DNA from: Nitrospinales bacterium
GTDB taxonomy: Bacteria; Nitrospinota; Nitrospinia; Nitrospinales; VA-1
Direction: 5' to 3'
DNA length: 64,000 nucleotides
NCBI GenBank assembly: GCA_965223795.1
Contig: CBDCXL010000002.1
Location: 2,308,030-2,372,029, forward strand
Shown here: in pieces, positions 9,231 to 19,524 of the stretch
How the letters are laid out: each line of letters begins with the position of its first letter
How positions within the stretch are numbered: the first letter of the stretch is position 1
Made by a program: the position numbers and the translations under genes
Notes under the pieces: generated by a model
Told to the model about the DNA's origin: nothing
Databases searched by the model: none
What the model saw: the letters and a program-made list of their open reading frames with translations, nothing else

Positions 9231-10583
9231 ATGAACGACAATGAGATCATCAGATTGAAGGCTCGGGTCGAATACCTTGAAAGGGCGAACAGCTGGTATT
9301 TTTTCGCTCTGGAGCGGCTGACTTCCTTCGGGGATCTCCACAAGGACGTGCAGCAGTTCCGCGAGTCGGGATACCTGTTCGCCAACGCGGAAAAATACCT
9401 CAAACAGCTGATCGGATTCCACACGCTCGCCTTTTTCGAGGTGGACGAGCGGTCCAGCCAGTTCGTCCTCAAAGACTGCCATCCCGAATCGGACCTGGAC
9501 AAGATCCAGAAGGTCACCGACGAACAGATCGAGAACGGCAGTTTTGCGTGGGCGCTGAAAAAAAACCGCCCTCTGATCGTGGAAGGCGAAACCCCGGACG
9601 ATCATTTCATCTTTCACGCGCTGGCGACCAAATCCCGGGTGCGGGGGATGTTCTGCGGCTGGTTGAACCAGAAAGCCAACAAAATTCCCGTCGAGCACCT
9701 CAACCTGATCTCCGTCATCCTTTCCTTCACCGCCTACGCAGTGGAAAGCGGCACGCTGTATAAAATCGTGTCCCGCCAGAACCTCAACCTGGAAGAGATG
9801 GTCGCGAAACGGACCCTCAAGCTGGAAACCCAGGCGCAGGAATTGAAAAAGGAAATCGGCGAACGTAAAAAGGTGGCCGAGGAACTCAATCGCAGCAATC
9901 AGGATCTGCAGGATTTTGCCTCCATCGCCTCGCACGATCTGCAGGAGCCGCTGCGCAAGGTGATCATCTTCGGCGACCGCCTGAAGGAAAAGTTTGCCGG
10001 TAAAATGGATGAATCGGCGCTCAACTATCTGGAACGGATGATCAGCGCCTCGGCTCGCATGCAGAACCTGATCGACGAGCTGTTGTCCTTTTCACGGGTG
10101 AGCACCAAGGCCAAACCGTTCGAATCCACCGATCTGAATAAAGTGGTGGACGGGGTGCTGACGGATCTCGACAGCCGCATCGCCAAATCGAAAGCCAAAA
10201 TCGAACTGGACGGCCTGCCGACGATCGACGCCGATCCGGTGCAGATGCAGCAGCTGTTTCAGAACCTGGTGGGCAATGCGCTCAAGTTCTGCCGCGAAGG
10301 GGTGGCGCCGGTGGTGTCTATCGGTGGAAATTTAAATGGAGGCGGGACCTGCGAGATCCGGGTTCAGGACAACGGGATCGGCCTGGATAAGAAATATGTG
10401 GACCGCATCTTCAAACCCTTCGAGCGTCTGCACGGCCGCAGCGAGTTCGAGGGCACGGGGATGGGGCTCGCCATCTGCCAGAAAATCGTCAAGCGTCACC
10501 GCGGAACCATCGAGGTGGAAAGTACGGACAACAAGGGCTGCACGTTCATCATCCACCTTCCCGCAAAGCAGGTCCCTGCCTGA
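9231..10583 (+). CDS. Sensor histidine kinase (cytoplasmic GAF/PAS-like N-terminus, HisKA, HATPase_c)
   Basis: The H-box is FASIASHDLQEPLRKV. N, G1 and G2 boxes are present (LVGNALKF, RVQDNGIGLD, GTGMGLAICQKIV). No transmembrane segment is evident. Confidence 0.9.
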   Translation: MNDNEIIRLKARVEYLERANSWYFFALERLTSFGDLHKDVQQFRESGYLFANAEKYLKQLIGFHTLAFFEVDERSSQFVLKDCHPESDLDKIQKVTDEQIENGSFAWALKKNRPLIVEGETPDDHFIFHALATKSRVRGMFCGWLNQKANKIPVEHLNLISVILSFTAYAVESGTLYKIVSRQNLNLEEMVAKRTLKLETQAQELKKEIGERKKVAEELNRSNQDLQDFASIASHDLQEPLRKVIIFGDRLKEKFAGKMDESALNYLERMISASARMQNLIDELLSFSRVSTKAKPFESTDLNKVVDGVLTDLDSRIAKSKAKIELDGLPTIDADPVQMQQLFQNLVGNALKFCREGVAPVVSIGGNLNGGGTCEIRVQDNGIGLDKKYVDRIFKPFERLHGRSEFEGTGMGLAICQKIVKRHRGTIEVESTDNKGCTFIIHLPAKQVPA

Positions 10584-10662
10584 TCGCGGCTCACGCGAAC
10601 ACTCCGCCGCGCAGCGGACCCTCCCGCACCATATAAAGACCTGGCTTCCGGCCAGAAGCCCT

Positions 10663-11142
10663 TCATCCCAGGCACAATCCATCCACTTTGTTGTTTTCCT
10701 CTCCGGAACCTTCGGGAATGCTGTTTTTCGAATCGACGGTTATGGTGAACACGCAGCGAACGAAGCAGGCGTCCTCGGGCAGGCTGACATCCAGCTCGAT
10801 GCCGTTGTCTCCGACGGGAGGCGTTTCGAGGTGATAGCGTGTGTACTTTCCCTGGCTGAACAGCACGACAGATGTGGTGGAGATCTGCGAGGTGGGCGGT
10901 CCCAGGTTTTTCAGCAGTATCTTGAGCTTCGGCCCTTCGACCCGGCAGAAGCCTTCCGGCCCTGGCATGTCGCGGCCGTCGGGCCCTTTCATGCGGACGG
11001 GAACCAGATCCGGCACGCTGGACACGGCCGGCTCGGGGTCGATGTCATCCGGGACGGGTGGTGTCTGCGCACAAGCGGCGAAAAGCACAAGCAGCCCGAT
11101 CCTGAGGAAGCGGTTTTTGCAATGAATCGGTTTCATGGCCAA
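10663..11142 (-). CDS. Putative lipoprotein, unknown function
   Basis: The signal peptide has a lipobox-like LVLFAAC. There is no recognisable domain. Confidence 0.6.
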   Translation of the reverse strand: MAMKPIHCKNRFLRIGLLVLFAACAQTPPVPDDIDPEPAVSSVPDLVPVRMKGPDGRDMPGPEGFCRVEGPKLKILLKNLGPPTSQISTTSVVLFSQGKYTRYHLETPPVGDNGIELDVSLPEDACFVRCVFTITVDSKNSIPEGSGEENNKVDGLCLG

Positions 11143-11445
11143 GACCTGGTGAATGCAAAACGCAGCGCACAGACAATCGAAAGTGTTTCGGGTTATCCGA
11201 AGCAGGAATCCGATCGGGCGCGTTTTTTCGCGCTTCCATTATCGCTGTTTCGCGCTGGATTTTGAATCCCCCGATCGGGGTAGAAATTCTTATAATAATA
11301 TAGACCTTTAAGAAAACCGCCTGTTGCGAATCGTTCCGTGTGGCGGCGAAAGCTGGAATATTGGATCCCCGCCGGAGGTCTTAATATAGAGTGCGAGGTT
11401 GAGCCTGGTTCGCTCCCGTTGCAACCGTTTACTTCGAGGCAAACT

Positions 11446-11808
11446 ATGATTCCGCTCAAAGAGTTCATGACTTCCCCGGTGGTGCACGTGGATTCTCAAA
11501 CCACGGTGGAAGCCGCCGCCGCACAGATGGCTGAAAAAAAGATCAGTTCGCTTTTGGTGAAGGAAGGCGAGGATATGGTGGGCATCGTCACCAAGACGGA
11601 CATGGTGAGCAAGGTCCTCGCCCAGGGAAAGGACGGCCGCACGATGACGGTCGCGGACATCATGTCCCAGCCCATTAAAAGCCTGGATGCGTACGTGTTC
11701 CGCAGCGAAGCCAATGAGTTCATGCTGCGAAACCGGATCCATCACCTGGTGGTCACGCAGGGCAAACAGGTCGTCGGCATCCTCACCCGCAAGGACATGA
11801 TTGCCTGA
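11446..11808 (+). CDS. CBS-pair domain protein
   Basis: ATG at 11446 (MIPLKEFMTSPVVHVDSQTTVEAAAAQMAEKKISSLLV ... IHHLVVTQGKQVVGILTRKDMI). The protein contains two CBS motifs. Confidence 0.85.
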   Translation: MIPLKEFMTSPVVHVDSQTTVEAAAAQMAEKKISSLLVKEGEDMVGIVTKTDMVSKVLAQGKDGRTMTVADIMSQPIKSLDAYVFRSEANEFMLRNRIHHLVVTQGKQVVGILTRKDMIA

Positions 11809-11988
11809 GTGCCTTGTGATATTCAGGGACCCCGCCTCTTTCCAACAGGGCGGGGTTTTCCGCATTCCTCTGCTTTCCACGACTCCCTGTTACAATCTGA
11901 AACAATTCGTTACGCTGGCGAAAGGAACCTTTCTGCTGCAAGAGCTAGGATGGGGGCATTGAAACCCGATCCAGGAAAGGAGTCCAAA

Positions 11989-12444
11989 ATGGAAATCACA
12001 GGAAAACTCATCGCTCTCTCCGCCATCGGTCTGTTGCTCATGGGCGCGGTCACTGCCTGCGGCAAAGGCCATTTCCGCCTGAGCCCGGAAAAACGCGCCC
12101 AGTATTTCGTCGAGCACGTCACCGAGGAGTTGAAGCTCACGGAACCGCAGGTGGCCAAGTTGAACGGGGTCAAGGACGAACTGCTCGCGGCCCGGCGGCA
12201 CATGGTGGCGCAGCGTCAGTCCGCACAGGAAACGGTCCTGGAAATGCTCGAGCAGCCGACGATGAACCGTGAGCGTGTTCTTTCACTGGTTCAGCAGCGC
12301 ACGCAGGAGGTGAACGACAAGGCGCCCCAGATCGTGGCGGCGCTGGGTGACTTCTACGACGCGCTGAGTCCCGAGCAGCGGCAGAAACTGCGGGATGAGG
12401 TCAAGGAACACATGGAGCACCGCAGGCACCGTTGGAGCCATTGA
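11989..12444 (+). CDS. Spy/CpxP-family periplasmic protein (LTxxQ motifs)
   Basis: ATG at 11989 sits behind AGGAAAGGAG. The product has a signal peptide and LTEPQ and LSPEQ motifs in helical, charged sequence. It lies immediately upstream of an OmpR-family two-component pair. Confidence 0.75.
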   Translation: MEITGKLIALSAIGLLLMGAVTACGKGHFRLSPEKRAQYFVEHVTEELKLTEPQVAKLNGVKDELLAARRHMVAQRQSAQETVLEMLEQPTMNRERVLSLVQQRTQEVNDKAPQIVAALGDFYDALSPEQRQKLRDEVKEHMEHRRHRWSH

Positions 12445-12538
12445 AAGCGGACGCCCGCGCCGTATGCCGTTCGGTGCGGCGCGGGCGCTGTGGTATAAGT
12501 GAATTCGTGGACGCAATGTCAACGCATCGAATCGAACC

Positions 12539-13207
12539 ATGGCGCGCATATTTCTCATCGACGACGACGAACGGCTGGCGGAGCTTCTGGGGCAGTATTT
12601 CGAACGGTTCGATCTCACTCTGGAGAGCGCCGCCCACCCCAGCGAAGGGCTTTCACGGCTCGATGAAGGCGGCGTCGATCTGGTGGTGCTCGACGTCATG
12701 CTGCCGGAGATGGACGGCTTCGAAGTGTGCAAGGCGATCCGTAAAAAGAGCGACGTGCCCATCATCATGCTGACGGCGCGGGGGGACGTGATGGACCGCG
12801 TTGTGGGCATCGAGCTGGGCGCCGACGACTACCTGCCCAAGCCGTTCGAGCCGCGCGAGCTGGTGGCGCGCATCCACACGATCCTCAAGCGGACCGGGAC
12901 CCACCGCGAAGGCGTGCTTCGTTTCGATGCGCTGACGGTGGATACCCAGCGCCGGCAGGCGGCGCTCGACGGCAAAGAGCTGGCGCTGACGTCCATGGAG
13001 TATCAGCTTCTGGAACTTTTGGCGCGCAACGCGGGCAAGACGCACACCCGCGATAAAATTCTCAATCATTTGCAGGGCGTCGAGGCGGACGTGTATTCCC
13101 GCTCGGTGGACATCCTGATCAGCCGGCTCAGGCAGAAACTCAAGCCGCTGAACATCATCCACACCGTGCGCGGCAGCGGTTACTGCTTTGCGGGAAAGAG
13201 CCGATGA
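12539..13207 (+). CDS. OmpR-family response regulator (CpxR-like)
   Basis: The receiver domain reads DDDERL...DLVVLDVMLPEMDGFEVC...LTARGD...ADDYLPKPF. The C-terminal winged-helix domain reads LTSMEYQLLELLARNAG...VRGSGY. Confidence 0.95.
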   Translation: MARIFLIDDDERLAELLGQYFERFDLTLESAAHPSEGLSRLDEGGVDLVVLDVMLPEMDGFEVCKAIRKKSDVPIIMLTARGDVMDRVVGIELGADDYLPKPFEPRELVARIHTILKRTGTHREGVLRFDALTVDTQRRQAALDGKELALTSMEYQLLELLARNAGKTHTRDKILNHLQGVEADVYSRSVDILISRLRQKLKPLNIIHTVRGSGYCFAGKSR

Positions 13208-14523
13208 GATCGTTCTTCAAACGCAAACGCCATTCGCTCACGACCCGCCTGGTGTTTCTGTTCGTCGTCATGGCGGTGCTGTTTCTCATCCTGGTGGGAT
13301 CGTCGCTGCGCTGGGCCTTCCGCGCGAACTTTCAGGAAAGCATTCGTCCACATCTGTTCCGTTACATGGAGTACATCCAGAAGGATCTGGGATCGCCGCC
13401 GGAGATCGCGAAAGCCGAAGCGATCGTGAACCAGCTGCCGGTGGAGATCCACATCTTCGGGCCGGAAGGATCCTGGTCTTCGACGGGAGAGCCGCTCAAG
13501 CTGGAAGACGTGCACTATCACAGGCGGTTTACCGAGAACGGTGCGGACTATGCGTTCGGCAGGTTCTCGGGAAAAGAATATCTGATCAACTGGCGTTCCG
13601 ATCACACGCTGGCGTTTTCCGTGCCGCACGCGCGCGGATCCTGGCACTGGCGCAAGGCGTTCCCGCTGGCGATCCTGCTGGTCATGCTGGTGGTCCTGTA
13701 TTACTACACGCGCCGCATCTTCGCGCCCATCCAGCAGATCCGCGCTGGAGTGGAACGGATCGGCGAAGGCGAGATGGGCCACCGCATCCACCTGGAGCGC
13801 AACGACGAGCTGGGTGAGCTTGCGGGCAGCATCAACCGGATGGCGGACGACATCCAGCAGATGCTGGAAGCCAAGCGGCAGCTGCTGCTGGCGCTGAGCC
13901 ACGAACTGCGCAGTCCGCTCACGCGCGTGAAGGTCGCGGTGGAGATGCTGAAAGAGGACAAGCTGCGGCAGGAGATGCACAAGGACATCGACGCCATCGA
14001 TCAACTGATCGCGGAACTTTTGGAGACCGAGCGGCTGAGCAGCCGGCACCGCGCGCTCAATAAGGCGCCGATCGACTGCGTTGCGCTGGTCAAGGAAACC
14101 CTCGATTCGTTTTTTGCGGATGCAACGATCGCGCTCGATCTGCCGGAGGAAGAAACGTTCGCCGACATCGATGCGACACGGGTGCGGCTGCTGATCAAAA
14201 ATCTCGTGGACAATGCACTGCGTCACAACCGCAAAGACGCGCCGCCGCCTAAGGTGTCGCTGAAAGAAAAAGACAGCGCCATCGAATTCGCGGTGGAGGA
14301 TTTCGGGCCGGGAATCCACGCGGCGCACCTGCCGTACCTCGCCGAGCCGTTTTACCGGGTCGATCCGGCGCGGCAGCGGCAGACCGGCGGCTACGGGCTG
14401 GGGCTGTACCTGTGCCGCGTCATCGCCGAAGCGCACGGCGGAAAACTTGAAATCGCCAGCGAGAAAGATAAGGGGACCACCGTTACTGTGTGTCTTCCTG
14501 TTGAGAATAACCGAACTGAATGA
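13204..14523 (+). CDS. Membrane sensor histidine kinase with HAMP domain (CpxA-like)
   Basis: The start overlaps the regulator stop (ATGA). The product has two transmembrane segments, a HAMP domain, the H-box LSHELRSPLTRV and the G-boxes GYGLGLYLCRVIAEAHGG. Confidence 0.9.
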   Translation: MRSFFKRKRHSLTTRLVFLFVVMAVLFLILVGSSLRWAFRANFQESIRPHLFRYMEYIQKDLGSPPEIAKAEAIVNQLPVEIHIFGPEGSWSSTGEPLKLEDVHYHRRFTENGADYAFGRFSGKEYLINWRSDHTLAFSVPHARGSWHWRKAFPLAILLVMLVVLYYYTRRIFAPIQQIRAGVERIGEGEMGHRIHLERNDELGELAGSINRMADDIQQMLEAKRQLLLALSHELRSPLTRVKVAVEMLKEDKLRQEMHKDIDAIDQLIAELLETERLSSRHRALNKAPIDCVALVKETLDSFFADATIALDLPEEETFADIDATRVRLLIKNLVDNALRHNRKDAPPPKVSLKEKDSAIEFAVEDFGPGIHAAHLPYLAEPFYRVDPARQRQTGGYGLGLYLCRVIAEAHGGKLEIASEKDKGTTVTVCLPVENNRTE

Positions 14524-15230
14524 ACGTTTACTTCAAGATAGCGTGTGGTTTCTTACTTTCTATTGTTGTTGTATTTTTCGGTTTTGCCCAAAGTGAACTC
14601 GATGAAATCAAAAGCGTCTGTTACGGGACTACCGCAAAAGGAAGGCTCGAAAACGGTATTGCACTTCCCGATAGCGGAAAAAATTTTGTATCCTACGGCA
14701 CGCTTCCGCAAATATTGGGCAGGACCTATGTACATAACAAGGTGCGTGACGTGGTATTGGAATCTTATCGAATGCTGGAGAAGGTGCAGCCGGGAAAAAT
14801 CTTCAAATATGCCGAAACCGGGTTTAAAGAAGGAGGGGCGTTCAAGCCGCACAAGACGCATCAAAACGGTTTGTCAGTGGATTTTATGGTACCCGTACTG
14901 AATGCAAAGGGTGATTCGGTGCATTTGCCCACCCACGCATTCAACAAATACGGTTATGAAATCGAGTTTGACGACAAAGGCCAGTTTGACGAATACAGAA
15001 TCGACTATGAAGCTCTGGGTGCTCACATGATGACTTTGCACCAGGCCGCAAATTCCCAGGGAATCAAAATCTGGAGAATCCTGTTCGATCCGGTATTGCA
15101 GCCTTTTTTGTATGCTTCAAAATACGGGACCTACATCCGTGATAATATTTCGATCCCTAAAAAACGCTCCTGGGTGCGTCACGATGAACACTACCATGTG
15201 GATTTCATCCTGAAATGCAAACCACTTTAA
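14520..15230 (+). CDS. mepA: Penicillin-insensitive murein endopeptidase (MepA, peptidase M74-like)
   Basis: The product has a signal peptide. HKTHQNGLSVDF and WVRHDEHYHVDF resemble the MepA metal-ligand motifs. The start overlaps the kinase stop (ATGA). GC is visibly lower, at 27/60 in the line at 14581. Confidence 0.8.
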   Translation: MNVYFKIACGFLLSIVVVFFGFAQSELDEIKSVCYGTTAKGRLENGIALPDSGKNFVSYGTLPQILGRTYVHNKVRDVVLESYRMLEKVQPGKIFKYAETGFKEGGAFKPHKTHQNGLSVDFMVPVLNAKGDSVHLPTHAFNKYGYEIEFDDKGQFDEYRIDYEALGAHMMTLHQAANSQGIKIWRILFDPVLQPFLYASKYGTYIRDNISIPKKRSWVRHDEHYHVDFILKCKPL

Positions 15231-15290
15231 AACCAATAAAGTGAATCATTCCTTCTTTAGATCCGTGAGATTTATTGGAGTATGAATTTT

Positions 15291-15506
15291 CTATTTATCC
15301 CCTTTGTATTTGAATGACAGGTGCACGCGGGCGCGGTAGGCGCTGACCTTGCCGTTCTCCACATGCATGTCCAGCTTGACGATTTCGGCGATTCTGAGAT
15401 CGTCCAGGCTTTTGGCCGCCGTGTCCACCGCGTTTTTCGCAGCGTCTTCCCAGGATGTTTCACTCGTTCCCACCAGCTCGATGATTTTGTACACGCTGTC
15501 TTTCAT
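15291..15506 (-). CDS. Dodecin-family flavin-binding protein
   Basis: 71 aa. VYKIIELVGTSETSWEDAAKNAVDTAAKSLDDLRIAEIVKLD matches the bacterial dodecin pattern. Confidence 0.85.
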   Translation of the reverse strand: MKDSVYKIIELVGTSETSWEDAAKNAVDTAAKSLDDLRIAEIVKLDMHVENGKVSAYRARVHLSFKYKGDK

Positions 15507-15865
15507 GGTGCCCTCTTTCTCAATAGAGTTTCATTCAAAATGGACGCGCCGTTGTCTTTCCGGCCCTTTCTTCAACTCGTATCTGCGGCGCGAACGCCAG
15601 CGCCGACCCGCATCGTTTCCGCTGCGCCGCGGCATCGGTTATCCCTATACACTAAAGATAGTTCCGGATACGCATCCTTCAACCTTTTCTTTTTCTGAAC
15701 GCCGGTACAGAAGATAAAAAACTCAGGATTTGGTTGACTTTGTTGCTTGCGTAGGTGTCTTTTTTCTTTCAGGAAATGCGATTGACTTAATTATGGAAAG
15801 GCCTATATTGGAAGTGAGGGGAGGAGATTCATAACGCTCATCCTGTGTTGCGAAAGGAGAGAGTG

Positions 15866-16240
15866 ATGAAATCGATCCTCATCGTGGACGATGAAGAAAA
15901 TATTCGCTTTCTGTACAAGGAAGAATTTGAAAGCGAGGGCTGCCGGGTTTCGCTCGCAGAGACCGCCGAGGAAGCGCTTGAATTGCTGGAAAAAGAGCGA
16001 TTCGACGTGGTTTGCCTGGACATCAAGCTGCCGGGAATGGACGGCATCCATTTCCTGGAAGTTCTGAAAGACCGGTGGCCGGACATTCCTGTGGTGATCA
16101 GCTCCGCCTACGGGCATTACAAGCAGGATTTCCGCGTCTGGGGCGCGCACGGGTATGTCGTCAAATCCGCCGACCTCACGGAGTTGAAAGACAAAGTGAA
16201 AGAATCGATCGATGCCTGCGCGCTCGCCGGCGACCGGTGA
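15866..16240 (+). CDS. Stand-alone CheY-like response-regulator receiver
   Basis: ATG at 15866 sits behind AAAGGAGAGAG. The sequence ILIVDDEENIR...DVVCLDIKLPGMDG...VVISSAYG...GYVVKS is a receiver domain with no output domain. Confidence 0.85.
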   Translation: MKSILIVDDEENIRFLYKEEFESEGCRVSLAETAEEALELLEKERFDVVCLDIKLPGMDGIHFLEVLKDRWPDIPVVISSAYGHYKQDFRVWGAHGYVVKSADLTELKDKVKESIDACALAGDR

Positions 16241-16411
16241 GATAAGGCCGGGTTCCTGAGTTCTTTTCATCTAAGGGAATCCGGCTTGTGATCGTGAAGC
16301 ACGTCCTTCCTGTTTTCACTTTTTACCCCGCCTGTTTCTCCACAGAGAATACATCTTCTTTGGACCCGCATGGGTTTTTATGCCGCGGATGCCCTGCGGC
16401 CGCGCCGGTGT

Positions 16412-17311
16412 TCAGAACGTGAACACAAAATCCACATTGGTCCTCCAGTCGAACAGATCTTCCCGCTCGGTGATGGGAAACTCGTAGCCCGCGCCCATCT
16501 GGATGTGGTTGTTGAATTTGTAGCGCGCGCCCAAACCCATCGTCACCACGGTGCCGGAGTCGGTGCTGCCGAAGTTGAACACATCGTTGCCTTCAAAATC
16601 GTCGATGCCGGTTCGGGTGCCGTCATCGATGGTGGTCTGTCCGTTGAATTCAATCATCGGGAACAGGTTTTTGTAGATCTCGTAGTCCACGTGCGCCGAC
16701 CAGTGCCAGAAGGAACTGTCGTTGTCCCCATCGATGGCGAGGTCCAGTCCGGTGCTGCCCTGCACGCCGAGCTTGCCGAACGCCTGCGCGCCGGTGACGA
16801 ACAGGTCGATCAATCCGTCGCCGCTGCCCTGCAGGTCGATGCCGGCTGTGGACAACGACCCTGTGGGGGCCTCGTACTCCGCGCCGACGGTGAGGATCCT
16901 CTCCCGGCTCGGATCGGAGATGAGGGCGTACTTGAATCCGAAGGAGATGTTCGCGAATCCATCGGTGTCCGGCAGCACGCTGTCGAACTGCACGTCGGCG
17001 TAGCCGTCTTTGGTGGCGATGAATCCGAGGCGTTCGGTCAACGCCACTCTGAGTTCGAGCGCGAACAGGTTCACCTGGCCGCCGCCGGTCACAAACGATG
17101 AGGGTATGTTGTGGTGAATCCAGATCGGGCGGGCCTCGGTGGTGATGTAGGGGGTTTCGTTGAAAATCGGGTTGGACAAAGGAGGAACGTAGCGCTGGTG
17201 CTTGCCTTCTCCCAGAGAGCCGTGAAAATCCAGATCGAACGCGTGCGCGGGAACTGTGAGTGCGAGTACGGCGATGAGCGTGCCTGCGGCAAGGGGTGCT
17301 TGGAACTTCAT
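16412..17311 (-). CDS. Outer-membrane beta-barrel protein (MetA-pathway/transporter-like)
   Basis: The signal peptide ends AHA. The sequence has an alternating beta-strand pattern and ends in a C-terminal Phe (VDFVFTF). Confidence 0.65.
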   Translation of the reverse strand: MKFQAPLAAGTLIAVLALTVPAHAFDLDFHGSLGEGKHQRYVPPLSNPIFNETPYITTEARPIWIHHNIPSSFVTGGGQVNLFALELRVALTERLGFIATKDGYADVQFDSVLPDTDGFANISFGFKYALISDPSRERILTVGAEYEAPTGSLSTAGIDLQGSGDGLIDLFVTGAQAFGKLGVQGSTGLDLAIDGDNDSSFWHWSAHVDYEIYKNLFPMIEFNGQTTIDDGTRTGIDDFEGNDVFNFGSTDSGTVVTMGLGARYKFNNHIQMGAGYEFPITEREDLFDWRTNVDFVFTF

Positions 17312-17446
17312 GGTGGTTGCCTCCTTTGTCTTTGTCTGATCGGATACATATAAAGAGACAACCGGAGGATTGATTTATTCCCCTTTTGTTGCGAATAAAC
17401 GGGATATCCTTGAGCCGAACGGCAAGGCGGGGAGAGAAGCGAGGAT

Positions 17447-19297
17447 TCAGTTCCGGGGCAGGGTGGGGTTGTTCGTGCTTTTGGCGTTGCCCGGGTTTTC
17501 GACGCCGTTTGACTCCGGTGAAAAACTGATCACCGTGTCACCGGGTTTGGGTACAGTCTTTGACTCGGGAAAATTGAAATCGATGGTGCCTTTTGCATGA
17601 ATGAGCATGATGGGTTCGAGTTTCCCATCATTGGTTTCCATGAAATCTTCATAATCGAATTCCTTGGTGAGCCGGGTTTTTTTGAATCGCCAACCCCGGA
17701 ACCAGCGGCTGATCCAGTCTTCGAAAAGAAGTTTTTTGCTGAACGCCACACGGCCGCGCGAGGCGCTGCGCACTTCCTTGCTTTCTTCCTTCGTTTCATG
17801 CACTTCCAGTTGAAAAACTTTGTCGCGGCCGAAGTGGCTGATAAACGCATTGCACACCAGCGCATTGTAGGCGTCGTTGCCGGTCGCCGCCAGCAGGTAG
17901 CCCATTTCGGATAATTCCAGATAGGCCTCCCGGTTTTCCGACAGGATTTCCCCATAGTGGATCGGCAGCCCTTCCAGGCGGGCCTCCTTCAAACTGTGCC
18001 AGGAACTGTCCACCAGCATGACCGGCAATCCGGAGTCGGACAGAATCCGGGCCAGTCCGATGCTCCAGGCGTTCGACCCCACGATCAGCACGCCTTCGCG
18101 GTGGCCCGTGGCCAGGCCCAGCTTGTTCGCCAGCCACTGGATGCTGAATCCGTGCAGCAGGACGGTGGCAAAAATCACCGAAAAGATCAGCGGGCTCAGC
18201 AGGTGTGCATCCGGATAGCCGCGCTCCGCCAACTCCAGCCCGACAAATCCCGCCACGGATGCGGCGATGATGCCCCTGGGGGCGATCCATCCGATGAACA
18301 GTTTTTCCTGCCATTTCAAACCGGAGCCGAATGTGGCGATCCAGACCGCCGCCGGCCGGACAAAAAACAGGAAGCAGATGAGAAAGGCGACGCCGCGCCA
18401 GTCGAGATTGGCGATGGCCTTGAGATCGGTGTCGGCGGTCAGAATGATGAATACCACCGAAACCAGTATGAGCGTGATGTGTTCCTTGAATTGCCTCAGC
18501 TCGTAGATGATCAGCATGTTGATGTTGCCCATGGTCATGCCCAGCACGGTCACGGCCAGCAGCCCGATCTCTTCCTGCATGAGGTTGGCCACCACATACA
18601 CCGACAGCACGATGGAAAAAACGATGGGCAGTTTGAGAAACTCCGGAGCGTGCCCTTTTTCAAAAAGAAACTTCAAGAGGTAACCCGCCGCGATTCCCAG
18701 CAGAATCGCAATGGTGATCGCGCCTGCCAGATGGAAAAAGGTCGCCTGGGTCAGTTGCAGATCTCCGGTGACGACCAGAAATTCAAAAACCAGGACGGCC
18801 AGCAGCACGCCGATGGGATCGTTGATGATGCCTTCCCATTTCAGGATGAGGGAGGTGCGGGCTTCGAGCTTGGTGCGCCGGATCAGCGGCAGGATGACGG
18901 TGGGCCCGGTGACGACCAGAATGGCGGAAACGAGCAGGGAGACCGTGACGGAAAACCCACCCACAAAACGGCACACCAGGTAACCGAAACCAAAGGACAG
19001 CGGCAGGCCCACCAGGATCAGCTGCCACAGGGCGCGGCCCGCGTGCTTGAGTTCATGGAACCTGAGATTCAGCCCCGCTTCAAACAAAATGATGGCGACC
19101 GCCAGTTTGATGATGGCGGGCAGCAGGGTGCCAAAATCCTCACTGGGATTGACCAGGTTGAGAAGGGGGCCCAGCACGATCCCCGCGATGGAGAACAGGA
19201 TGATGGAAGGAAATTTCAGGCGCCACGAAACCCATTGCGAGAGAATCCCCAATATGATGATGAGTGCCACCTGATGAACAATGCTGATGGATTCCAT
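17447..19297 (-). CDS. CPA1-family cation/proton (Na+/H+) antiporter with C-terminal RCK/TrkA-N-like domain
   Basis: 616 aa. The ~400-aa polytopic N-terminus is typical of NhaP-type exchangers. The soluble C-terminus includes VLIVGSNAWSIGLARIL. Confidence 0.85.
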   Translation of the reverse strand: MESISIVHQVALIIILGILSQWVSWRLKFPSIILFSIAGIVLGPLLNLVNPSEDFGTLLPAIIKLAVAIILFEAGLNLRFHELKHAGRALWQLILVGLPLSFGFGYLVCRFVGGFSVTVSLLVSAILVVTGPTVILPLIRRTKLEARTSLILKWEGIINDPIGVLLAVLVFEFLVVTGDLQLTQATFFHLAGAITIAILLGIAAGYLLKFLFEKGHAPEFLKLPIVFSIVLSVYVVANLMQEEIGLLAVTVLGMTMGNINMLIIYELRQFKEHITLILVSVVFIILTADTDLKAIANLDWRGVAFLICFLFFVRPAAVWIATFGSGLKWQEKLFIGWIAPRGIIAASVAGFVGLELAERGYPDAHLLSPLIFSVIFATVLLHGFSIQWLANKLGLATGHREGVLIVGSNAWSIGLARILSDSGLPVMLVDSSWHSLKEARLEGLPIHYGEILSENREAYLELSEMGYLLAATGNDAYNALVCNAFISHFGRDKVFQLEVHETKEESKEVRSASRGRVAFSKKLLFEDWISRWFRGWRFKKTRLTKEFDYEDFMETNDGKLEPIMLIHAKGTIDFNFPESKTVPKPGDTVISFSPESNGVENPGNAKSTNNPTLPRN

Positions 19298-19524
19298 TCG
19301 GATGCGATTTCCAGGATGGGATTGTCGATGCCGGAAGGACTCGTTACCGCAGTGAGGCCGGCACCATTATAACGCAGCCGCTTGCGATTGCGAGGGGACA
19401 ATATCCATGCAGTTTCGATAAATGAGGCGAGTGAGGGTGAAATCAAAAAAGCCGGGAGAAATTATCTTGCGGCATGAATTCAAAAAAGGAAAAAAATAAG
19501 GCAAAATGAGGCCCGGGCCTAAAT

